A model generated the notes under the pieces. The model made no database searches, was not told the DNA's origin, and saw nothing but the letters and a program-made list of their open reading frames with translations. DNA of 63,991 bases, filler included, from Asterionella formosa (taxonomy: Eukaryota): NCBI GenBank assembly GCA_002256025.1. It is 5 parts of 5 records of this genome, joined end to end, with 100 filler letters (N's around TTAATTAATTAA, not from the genome) between each part and the next. Parts side by side here need not be neighbours in the genome. Positions count along the whole stretch, not along the records: positions 12,897 to 25,689 come from NKIB01007185.1; positions 25,790 to 38,578 come from NKIB01007190.1; 3 more parts are not named here. One strand, given 5' to 3'. The position numbers were made by a program, and so were the translations under genes. Shown piece after piece: positions 23,836-34,235 of this stretch. Numbering within the stretch: position 1 is the stretch's first letter; every line of letters starts with the position of its first letter.

Positions 23836-25433
23836 TCAGTCTTGTGATTCAATTTTTAAATAAACAAAAATGATTTTCAAGCTTCTTTTTTATATCTATG
23901 TTGCTGTAGTATGCAGCCATGCTTTTGCTCCACGGCAAAACAATTATATAAATCAGGAGTATGCCAATATGTATGCTGTGCATGGTTCTTATTCAAACAA
24001 AAGAAATAATGTCATTTATACGTTTATATTGAATCTACGTTGCTTGATGTAGTTTCAATAATACGCTACGCCCAAAGGCATATACCAGTATATAAATCAG
24101 TGCCGGACGAGTACCGGTATTGTTTTTAACTTCCTGGTACCAGGTACATAACAATCTTGGTTCATGATGATGGAGGAGACAGGATGAAACTAGTACTTAT
24201 TTTACATACCAGTATGCAATACATCTAATACATGTGGTCCAAGTGTGGCTGACATAATTTTACAAGACCGGGATACTTAGCGAATCTGGAGCAGGTGAGT
24301 AAATTCAATTCAACCAATCAGAGTATGTGTACTAGTGACATGGGAACTTACCCTGGAGTCAACAATGAGAAGAAATTAGAATTCTTTTTATCAGCAAAAT
24401 CAATGGCCCATTTAGTTGCATCTAGTTTGAAGCACAACATGTTGCATGTGTCATTGTCCAGTTTTGCTGAACAAACAGGAATGATTTTGCTGAACTGCTG
24501 AACTAAACAGCAATCGGCAAATCACCTTCCAGTCGCTGAAACACTACTGGTTTGTTGATCTGTTGAAATGGGATTACGGAGTATGTAGGACTGGGAGCAT
24601 TGACTAAAACTCAAATATTGAGTGGTTTAATGATAACCACTAGTGAAAGATACAAATTAATTTGAATGAAACAAATCCATTCAAGCAGTCTTGCATATAC
24701 TGCTAGTCTACTAGTTAACTGGTATAAACATCACAGTACCAGCAAAAATAGTCGATTTAATATAATTCATAAGTACTACATGATAGATTTCCTTATGTGT
24801 GTTTTCTTTTTTCAGCAATCAAATTAGTCCAGTAGAATATGAACATGTTCATTGCTGGTGGTAGTTTTGGTTGAACTGAGTACCTGGTGCTTGATACCTT
24901 ACAAATGAAATGATACCCAACAAAAAATGGTTAGAATATCCCCTACTTTTGCTGTAGCATTGGTATTGTCAATCACAAACAAATGTGTTAATGATGGTGA
25001 AAACCTTGTTTAGATTAAGCTGTAATTTGTATGTATGAGTATTTTATACGTCTGGCTTAATTGAATATTTTTCGATCAATTTGATTTCAGTACAAAGATA
25101 TGTGTATGCTGCATCCATACAACAATGATTAAAGCAGAAAACTGAAATCTAGTCAAAATGTTACAAATCTTGAGAATATAATCTTCAGATTGATAAATGA
25201 TTCAACACAGGAAATTTTTGATGCCTCAAGAGAGGTTGTGCCTACGGCTTGAAACTGGGTTCATTAAAAATCTAAAAGCAGCTACCATAATCTATTTGGG
25301 AGCACCCCTTCTTGACTGGTAATGCATTGGAGCACACAGGGAATGTTATAACAGAAAATCTAATGATACACGATTTTGATTGGTGGAATGTAAGTATAGA
25401 ACTTTTAAACCAGACTTCACAGTAAAGGTAAAA

Positions 25434-25688
25434 CTAATATTGAACACTATTCAAATCAACAACAACTCTTTTTGGACGAAGCAATGATAGAGCTATTTGT
25501 CCTTCTCGAACAACCTCGCCAGAGGGTAGTAGTAGTTCGTCTGGAAGCTTCCAACCGCAAACGACAATGTCGCCTTGAAAGTCGTCCAGTCTTTCCATAG
25601 GTGCGTGTCCGAACCAGTAAAGCAAGAGGCCAGGGCCAAATCTATGGACGTAAGATTCAGCTTGAGATTGGATTGTGTCCTTGTGGGT
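25434..25688 (-). CDS. CDIN1: C-terminal fragment of a CDAN1-interacting nuclease 1 (C15orf41/TPD domain)-like protein, 5'-truncated by the scaffold end
   Basis: Frame open to the scaffold edge: THKDTIQSQAESYVHRFGPGLLLYWFGHAP, comparable to the C15orf41 motif QFWSYWNRFGPGLVIYWYG. Confidence 0.7.
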   Translation of the reverse strand, partial: THKDTIQSQAESYVHRFGPGLLLYWFGHAPMERLDDFQGDIVVCGWKLPDELLLPSGEVVREGQIALSLLRPKRVVVDLNSVQY

Positions 25689-25689
25689 T

Positions 25690-25789
25690 NNNNNNNNNNN
25701 NNNNNNNNNNNNNNNNNNNNNNNNNNNNNNNNNTTAATTAATTAANNNNNNNNNNNNNNNNNNNNNNNNNNNNNNNNNNNNNNNNNNNN
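25690..25789. other. Artificial scaffold-joining linker
   Basis: N44-TTAATTAATTAA-N44. Confidence 0.97.
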
Positions 25790-27007
25790 TGGATAGTCAA
25801 GATCAAATTGCTCATACCACGTGGTGCATGCAGATTGAAAAAAGGAATAGATCAAATACCTTGTGGTATCTAGCATTTTTCTGTTTCCAGATATCTGATA
25901 CACCCCTGGGATAGAGTCTTTGCAAACAACACTTGGTCCTTTATTATTGTTGCAATTCGTTCTTTGTCCTGTTTCATTTCCAAAATCTTGTATACGGATT
26001 GAAAGGAAGGTTGCTAATTGTTGCAATGTACCACTTGATTCAATTTGAGCTGGTTCTAAATCTTCTGTCCGTACAAACAAAACGTTCTGCCTTCCTACCA
26101 GTTGTACTAGTCTCATTCCATCCCACGTGGCTGTTTGTATCCGTGAAAAGAGACTATGAAACACCTTGAGTTTGCCGTTGGAGGCAACAATTTCATGAAA
26201 TAATTCTGGCGTCCGGTATTCTAGTTCGATCGTTGCCCATACCAAGGGGCTAGTTGTATTGTCTACCAACGGGTCGGTATAAAAGTTCCATGCTGCCCAA
26301 AGCCAATCTGCTGGATCACGATATAAAAGAATAAACTTTTCTCCTCTGGGTGGGATATATCGATAATTCACTTCCACAAAGGAACTCCCATAGATGCACC
26401 CATTGACAGTGAGGGTAGTTTCTTTTGTTGTTGCTGTCTGAGATTCATTCATTAGTAGTTCCAATCGTCGCAAGTATAACTGTTTCCGATAGTCATATAA
26501 TTTAATAAATGTATTCCTTTTCACTTCATTGCCACCATAATAGCAAAACTCTTTGATATGATGGGCTGTTCGAATACGTGCATGTCCAGCGAGTAATTGA
26601 TACATATGAGATGTTCCTGTTTTAGGATACCCTGCAATAGTAATATCAGGAAAGGTATTGTTCCATGTCGATAGGGGTTGTTGATCCTTGTTTGAAATAA
26701 CAAACGGAGTCTGTTCGATTGGTGGTAATGTACTAGCGTTCAAGGAACAGTAGCGCTTCCCATGTTGGATGATTTTATTCAAACTCCTTGTATCGATCAT
26801 GGAAGAGGATGAGTTCATAAGAGGGGTAGTTTCTTTATTTGGAGCAAGTACCGGTAGTTCAAGTGTCGAGGGAGCTGTTGATGTCATTGTTTGATATTTT
26901 CCCATGGGATTCAAATGCGACTGCAAATAAAGACAATAGGAAGTGATGGCTGCGCCATAGGCCATTAATAGTATGTAACAATTCAAATGCTTAATGGCAA
27001 ACATCAT
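25790..27007 (-). CDS. Type II membrane sulfotransferase (heparan-sulfate sulfotransferase-like), 3'-truncated
   Basis: N-terminal TM segment; 5'-PSB PDITIAGYPKTGTS; KEFCY; 3'-PB KFILLYRDPADWLWAAW. Confidence 0.85.
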
Positions 27008-28191
27008 CAGTGAAATATATTAATGTGAAAATTGTGACTCTACATGAATGAATGTACAATCAAATGAGGATGCTCTCGTCCCTGAAGCAATTGCTTTTGA
27101 GGGAAGAGAAGTTGATGCATTCATATCCGTATTATTTTACATGCCGTATTTATTTTTCGTGTATCATGCATGTGTATGGAGGTTGAAAGCATACCGGTAT
27201 CTATGTACATCATGAAGAGGTACAAAAAATACCTGTCGTAAATTGAGAAGAACCAGTAGACTCTACATCAAACACTGCACTCCTGGTACAGAATGGATAC
27301 AGTACATAACGGCATCTAAGTACCGGTCCAGTATACCCGGTACTGTTCTAACTATGGAGCACCCGTCCAGTGAGCGAGGGCGACGAGCGATGCTGAGTGA
27401 GCGAGGAGGAGGATGACATGCTCCCATTGCTCCAATTAAAAATGCCACATTCGTCAGGCACACCATGTGATCATCGCTGCATGTGGTTGCTCCATCCTGT
27501 ACATATATCAAATACAGGTATGAAGGACTTGGAGCGATGTATGTAACATGTACTTACATCCAACAATGCATTGGATTACGGAANNNNNNNNNNNNNNNNN
27601 NNNNNNNNNNNNNNNNNNNNNNNNNNNNNNNNNNNNNNNNNNNNNNNNNNNNNNNNNNNNNNNNNNNNNNNNNNNNNNNNNNNNNNNNNNNNNNNNNNNN
27701 NNNNNNNNNNNNNNNNNNNNNNNNNNNNNNNNNNNNNNNNNNNNNNNNNNNNNNNNNNNNNNNNNNNNNNNNNNNNNNNNNNNNNNNNNNNNNNNNNNNN
27801 NNNNNNNNNNNNNNNNNNNNNNNNNNNNNNNNNNNNNNNNNNNNNNNNNNNNNNNNNNNNNNNNNNNNNNNNNNNNNNNNNNNNNNNNNNNNNNNNNNNN
27901 NNNNNNNNNNNNNNNNNNNNNNNNNNNNNNNNNNNNNNNNNNNNNNNNNNNNNNNNNNNNNNNNNNNNNNNNNNNNNNNNNNNNNNNNNNNNNNNNNNNN
28001 NNNNNNNNNNNNGCTACCAGATACCGTTATACCGACAGTCGGTTGCAGCACAAATCTATAGAACCTACCACTGGTATTACCGGTGCCGGTATTTCAATAT
28101 CAATACCGACACTACCGTACTACCGGTATATCTTTTGTTTTATCTATCACAATTAATTAAATTAAATCAACATAAGAACCATTTACAGAAC

Positions 28192-30909
28192 ATGGCTCCC
28201 AACAACTCTACGAATAGTACTGCCGGCTCTAACAATAGAGTGACTCCACCGTATTCTATTGGGACGATTGCTCGTCGTGAATTACGAACCATTCTACGAC
28301 AAACCACGGATCCTGGTGTAACGATTACCAACTTTCAAAAGTCTCATTCCCTCCATGCCATGTTGGCTCGTGCCTTTCACACAACAACAACTGCTGCTGC
28401 TACTGCTGCTACTGCTGCTACTAATACTACTGCACAAGAATCACTGGACACGGACTCGGTATTAGTTTTCTTACATCATCTTGGCATTACACAATATCAA
28501 GTTCATAAGCGCATTGCCACCGTGTTGACCACACAATTAGAAGATACAATACGGAAGTCATCACGAGATTCCTTACTACTTTTGGTGAAGAAATGTTGGC
28601 CCTATAGTACCGCCATTTCCGAATTACGACCAGTCTTGCAAGCATGCTTGAAACAATTGGGAACGGACATTCCATTGCCTGTATTGTTACGACTTGCCGA
28701 ACGGTCGGAAAATGTCGAGGGAGCAACGACAATGAATACTACTACTACTAGTAGTAGTAATAGTAGTAATAGTGGGATGAAATATGCAGATATTTGGCAT
28801 CCACTACCACCACTTGTCAAGCGATTGGTATGGGAAGCAGATTGGGAGCATTATAGCACTACTACTAGGAGCAGTGAGGAGGAGGACTATATAATGTCAA
28901 ATCATAATCTTCTTCTACAAAAGACACTCTTTGCTCAACAGATTATTCCATTGGTTCAACAATATTGTGAGGTACCATATCTTGTCGATGCTTCGAATAA
29001 AATGTTTGTTTCATCCTTGCGAGAACGACGACTTTTGACAACACAACGAAGAGCTGTATCAGCAGATTCACAACCACAACAACAACCCGTGTTGATGACG
29101 ATGATGGAAGCTGCCAAGGCAGTGTCAGAACTTAAAATTCTATTATCCAATGGTGATACTCCAGCATATCGACCAAAATTGTTGAATGCCATGTTTACTA
29201 TACTTATGAATGCTCATGTCAATCATATTGATACTGCTACATCAAGCATTTCAACAATTACTACTTGTAGTAGTGGACTCCTTTGTACCCTTGTGGCAGA
29301 CATTCTTTTGAGTGGTCCACTTCCAAAGGCATATCAACCAGTATTGGCATTGGCACGACTGTTGGATGAAACTGTCAAGGAAGGTGCAGTGTCCAACCTT
29401 CACATATCTCAAATTCAACAAGCATTGACTCAAATATTTCCAACAACTGATATGGACTCGGATACTGCAAACGAGGTTAACAATAGTTCTACAAACACAT
29501 TATCAAACAATACTGATACAGAAGCATCCCTTTCTAAACGAATCCTACCTACCATTATCAAAGAAAGTATACAAGCCATGCGCGATGCTGATCCACAATC
29601 ATTGTTTTTGAATCCAGTCACTGATGCTATTGCACCTGGATATTCGAAAGTCATAACTAGACCCATGTGTATGAAACAGATGGAAACGACAAAATACATT
29701 TCGTTACAAGACTTTGATGCAGATGTCAAATTAATGTTTCAAAACTGTATCAATTACAATGTTGGCAATGCAGGACAGTGGTTCCGTGGTGAAGCCAGAA
29801 GACAACACACTGTCTTTAAGAATGACATTTTCCCTCAAGCCAAGAAATTCTTTGAAACGTCACTTCAAGCCATTCAACCACCTCAACTTACCACAACAAC
29901 AACAAAACGAAAGGTGGGTGATACAGAAATGGTGCCACTTGCACAAGTACCCGCCAAGAAACAAAAGTTGGACCCCACATTACCGTCCTTGCCTGCCTTG
30001 GCAACCATGTTATTGGCAGATCCATTTGTGGTGCGGTTGTTGTTGGATCGACTGTTGCGAAGTCTTCGAATTGATGCTGTCAAGGGTGATACTATTCCAG
30101 TCGCACATCGGGCAATTCCATCCTTGTTACAATTGTTGCATTTGAGCTACAGTTCCACCAAAATGATTTCAGAACGTATTTATTTCGTACCAGATGCTGG
30201 TTTTGAAAAGAATGAAGAAGATTTATTGCCATATGAAGCTCTCCGACGATACACACCTCTTGTGTTGAAACTTTGTGTGGAAGCAGAATTAGATAAACGC
30301 TTGGCAAGCGATTTGGCAGCTGCAGCTACCATGGCACTTTTAGATACATCACCTACACCCAAATTATGGAATCGGACCAAAGCGCTTCCAAAAGTACCTT
30401 CTCTCGTACTTCAAGGTGCCTTGGTACATTTGTGTCAACCTGGCAATACCTATGAATCATCCCTTGCTGTGACGTTTCCTAAATTTGCCATCCCGTTGCG
30501 TCATTGTCAAGACCGACCCTTCTTTGCATCCTTGATCGCGGCCCTTATTCGCCACAAATCCAAATTAGGCAAAACAAATCGAGATGCTATTTGTAAATGT
30601 TGGTTACAGCAGTGGATCTCCAATAATTTAGTTGGACATGAATGCTTTGTCATGTTGCTAAATGAATGGGCCAGTATGGGGAATTTGTTATTGACACGAG
30701 ACTTACTCCTTCAATATTCAAAAGATGCTGTCAAAAAATTGAATGACTTTGGTACTATTTGGAACCAAGAGAGTGGTATCCGAGAGCAGTATGAGATATT
30801 ATTGAAGGGCTTACCAGAATCGTATGCAACAGAATGGAAGAAAGAAATGGGGGTGGAACAAAAGGTTTTGATAGAACCCAAGGAGAATGAGGAGGAAACG
30901 TTGGAGTAA
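28192..30909 (+). CDS. NELFB: NELF-B/COBRA1-like N-terminal domain fused to a bromodomain (905 aa, intronless)
   Basis: Ordered blocks ELRTILRQTTDP..ITNFQ, VLVFLHHLGITQYQVH, ELRPVLQACLKQL, VKRLVWE, LFAQQIIPLVQQY and TTQRR parallel NELF-B blocks as I recall them (DLKETLTNCTEP..IEQFQ, ALPFLDLHGTPRLEFH, SLQPVVMCVMKHL, VKRQIWQ, LFGDEVSPLLKQY, KTRR). Bromodomain at about 29545-29850: LFLNPVTDAIAPGYSKVITRPM..DVKLMFQNCINYN. ATG at 28192. Confidence 0.8.
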   Translation: MAPNNSTNSTAGSNNRVTPPYSIGTIARRELRTILRQTTDPGVTITNFQKSHSLHAMLARAFHTTTTAAATAATAATNTTAQESLDTDSVLVFLHHLGITQYQVHKRIATVLTTQLEDTIRKSSRDSLLLLVKKCWPYSTAISELRPVLQACLKQLGTDIPLPVLLRLAERSENVEGATTMNTTTTSSSNSSNSGMKYADIWHPLPPLVKRLVWEADWEHYSTTTRSSEEEDYIMSNHNLLLQKTLFAQQIIPLVQQYCEVPYLVDASNKMFVSSLRERRLLTTQRRAVSADSQPQQQPVLMTMMEAAKAVSELKILLSNGDTPAYRPKLLNAMFTILMNAHVNHIDTATSSISTITTCSSGLLCTLVADILLSGPLPKAYQPVLALARLLDETVKEGAVSNLHISQIQQALTQIFPTTDMDSDTANEVNNSSTNTLSNNTDTEASLSKRILPTIIKESIQAMRDADPQSLFLNPVTDAIAPGYSKVITRPMCMKQMETTKYISLQDFDADVKLMFQNCINYNVGNAGQWFRGEARRQHTVFKNDIFPQAKKFFETSLQAIQPPQLTTTTTKRKVGDTEMVPLAQVPAKKQKLDPTLPSLPALATMLLADPFVVRLLLDRLLRSLRIDAVKGDTIPVAHRAIPSLLQLLHLSYSSTKMISERIYFVPDAGFEKNEEDLLPYEALRRYTPLVLKLCVEAELDKRLASDLAAAATMALLDTSPTPKLWNRTKALPKVPSLVLQGALVHLCQPGNTYESSLAVTFPKFAIPLRHCQDRPFFASLIAALIRHKSKLGKTNRDAICKCWLQQWISNNLVGHECFVMLLNEWASMGNLLLTRDLLLQYSKDAVKKLNDFGTIWNQESGIREQYEILLKGLPESYATEWKKEMGVEQKVLIEPKENEEETLE

Positions 30910-32094
30910 GAAAGATACATGTAGCGGCCCAGCCCCTTGAACAAACCAACTATTATATATACGAACACACAAGTAATGATTGGTGTCAACATAGTGTTCT
31001 GGACCTTTTAGTCAACAATTCAAATGGATCTATGCTATGTATATACCTTGTACATTGGAAACCATGCTCTAGCTTGTTTATGTATCTTATATTCAAATCT
31101 TCATGGAGTTGTTCCTCATGATGAATTGGTCCAATTCAGTCATCAGCATCATGCTGTGGATTTGAGTATTCTCAATGGAGCATTCCTGCTGGCATATTCT
31201 TGGGCCAGCTCAGCTGGTGTGCAGGAATTGAACCATTTCTACTTCTGGTTGTTGAGTTCCAATAGCAAAGTACCTGCTACCTACTCTAATTTTAATGACT
31301 AGGAAAGTTCAAGGGATCTAAAAGTCTCAAAGTATACTATCAGATACAACAAATAATACATGTATGCAATGACAGATGAGCTGATTTGTTCTGAGTGATG
31401 ATGATACACTGCATTATGAGAATCAGCCATGTTGTGTGAAACATGTGTGCATTTGTGGATCATGATCATCAGAACATCAATGTTGCATGATTCTTGGAGG
31501 AAATGGGGCCCAGCAAAACTCAAATGATGATGTTCGCTTTGGTACACAGGCACGTCCATTAGATGCCAGTAATAGTACAGTATACGGCAAATACCGGCAG
31601 GTACCATATATGTACGTAAGCAAATGTTGGGACACGCACTTGAGTAGAAAAACAAATGTGATATACTGGTATGTGTATTTATGAGCTATATTTTTAACTC
31701 AATTCTTAGCATGCCTCCTCGAAAACAATCGCTCGATTGAAGTCCACTAGATTCTCATCATCAAAAAAATAATAGATGTGATTAGAGCGAATATCATATT
31801 ATTATTGTTGACATAAAATCCATTCATCGTAAGATTCCCAAGATTCTTTCTCATCCTCACTCTCGTTCCCGTGTTATCAGAGTGTTTCATGATTTAACTT
31901 CAACGACGATACCGAGCATTCATATCCATAAAGACAATAATATTTAGCTTTAAAACAACGAAGGAAAGCTGCATTCAGGATCTAGAAATATTGCAGCGAC
32001 ACCATTTCTGACTTTACTGCTGAGCCCAATCAAAGTCAACCCCTGTTGCTCAAAAAAACCCTTCAAACGTTTCGATATATACTTTCGCGGAAAA

Positions 32095-34204
32095 ATGTCA
32101 GCACCTACGTACCACAGAAAAGTACTATGTGCGCCTCGATGTATGGCTCTACTACTATCTCTGTTTGGACTCCTCTCGTCCATTGACGGCCTTGCCCTAC
32201 GACAGGGTCCTACGATGTTGTTTGGACGAAACACCGGAAAGGGGTGTCCCCTCCAACCCGAGAGACGCCAAGACGTTATGAAGCCGCTTTTCTCGTACAT
32301 GGAATATCTTGATTCTCTCAGTGGCAAAAAGTTTCGATCCAAGAGGAAGAAGACTGTGGTACAGAAAGTTATTGATACGAGTGATGGCTTGGTAGGAAAG
32401 TTTGCTTCGAAGGAATTGGCGTAAGTGAAACCAATCCCTTGAATATCTGTCTACGTGTTGTATCATACATGAAACATGCACTAATACCTTCAACTTAAAC
32501 GCTATTATTTCTTTTATATAGTGCCGACATTCAACGACGACGAAAGTACTATGCCAGTGATTGGACAGATGCATTCAAGAAGAAGAGCCAGGTTATTCCA
32601 GCTATTCTGTTTTTGTATTTTGCCTGCTTGAGTCCAGCAGTCAGTTTTGGAACCATTGCGAATCAAATTACCAACGGGAGTATCGGGATTGTTGAGTTTT
32701 TACTCAGCAGTGGATTGTCTGGCATGGTGAGTAATTATCAGAAGTTACAAAGAAAGTTAGAATGAAATTCCAAACCAGTTTCGCGTGTGTCCCGACCTAC
32801 TGAATTTTCTCTAAATATAACTAACGTCCATTCCCTCCCCATCGCAGGCTTACGCCGTCATGTGTGGACAACCCATGGCATTTATCGCTCCCACAGGTTT
32901 GACGTTGGCATTCATTTCTGGTCTATTTCGTTATTGCACTCTCAAAGGTTTGCCATTTTTCCCCATTTACACTTGGGTCGGTCTCTGGACATCCCTATTT
33001 ATGGTTTCATTAGGACTTAGCGGATCCTCCAAGTTTATCAAGTATTGCACACGCTTTACTGACGAAGTCTTCAATGGACTTTTGAGTTTCAACTTCTTAT
33101 ATGAAGCGTACAGTAGCTTGAAGAGAAACTTTTTGCTTGCCGATCCCATGAATCTAACCATGCCTTTTGTGGCCCTGGCCATGGCACTCACTACTTTCGT
33201 AAGCATGATGAAGGTAATTGCCTTTCAAACTACCAGATTTTTTAACAAGCAAGCCCGCGCAGTGATCAAGAACTTTGGACCGGTCACTATATTTATCTTG
33301 ATGAGTATCATTAATCAGCTCCCATGGTTTAAAAAATTCGGAGTTCCCACCCTAAGTGTCCCCGACACCTTTCAATTGGCTGGTGGACGAAGCCTTTTAA
33401 TACCCCTGATGGATGTGCCATTGAAGGTGAGGCTCATGTGCAGCTTTCCAGCCATACTGTTGACGTCGTTATTTTTTATGGATCAAAACATTAGTGTTAG
33501 AGTGGTGAACAACCCTGACAACCAATTGAAAAAAGGAGAAGCTTATAATTTGGATATGTTGGCGCTTGGTTTGATTACAGCGGGTGAGTGAATAGAGTGT
33601 TGTATGAATATCGGTGGAAAATTACAAAATGGCTGGTAACTTTTTACTAACTCCTTCTGCTCATGGGAAAGCCTCGTCGCTTGTCGGTCTACCATGGATG
33701 TGTGGAGCAACGGTGCAATCCATGAATCATGTACGTGCCATGACAGAGACAAAGTACAACGAAGAGACAGATTCGATCGAAATTTGCGAAGTAACTGAGA
33801 CACGTGTTACTGGTTTCGTGATCCATGCGCTACTGGCATGTACTTTGTTCTTTTTGCCAACTCTACGATTCGTCCCAATACCAGTAGTTTCGGGAGTCTT
33901 TCTCTATCTGGGACGAAAGCTCATGTCAGGAAATTCTTTTTTCGTCCGAATTAAGGACTCGATTGCGGAGAGCAAACGACTACCAGAAGACCATCCACTT
34001 AATACAGTGGGACGAAAGAAGATGAATTTTTTTACACTGATCCAAATTTTCTGCCTGGCGGGTGTGTGGAGCTTCAAACAAAACACTGCAACTGCAATCT
34101 TTTTCCCGTCCGTCATTGGGTTGCTAATGGCCATTCGTTCTTTTGTTCTACCAAAACTCTTTACTGAGAAGGAGCTAACAGATCTCGGTGACGCCACACC
34201 ATGA
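32095..34204 (+). CDS. SLC4: SLC4-family bicarbonate/anion transporter; exons 32095-32420, 32522-32726, 32848-33583, 33672-34204
   Basis: DIQRRRKYYASDWTDA, ILFLYFACLSPAVSFG, GQPM, TRFTDEVF, LFFMDQNIS, GLPWMCGATVQSMNHVRAM, VTETRVTG, VVSGVFLYLG. Three GT-AG introns restore the frame. Signal-peptide-like leader. Confidence 0.93.
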
Positions 34205-34235
34205 CTTCCAGTATAGAATAGTTAATTTTGTGTCT

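Noticed and set aside
25434..27007. Sulfotransferase-CDIN1 fusion or cluster; also a sulfotransferase/glycosyltransferase 'biosynthetic cluster' across the window
   Set aside because: The genes are separated by artificial linkers and lie on different scaffolds.
27483..28191. Long ORFs through N runs, including the 1112-aa version of the NELF-B ORF (also at 41183-41755 and 47585-48331)
   Set aside because: Artefacts of translating gaps. The credible start is the ATG at 28192.
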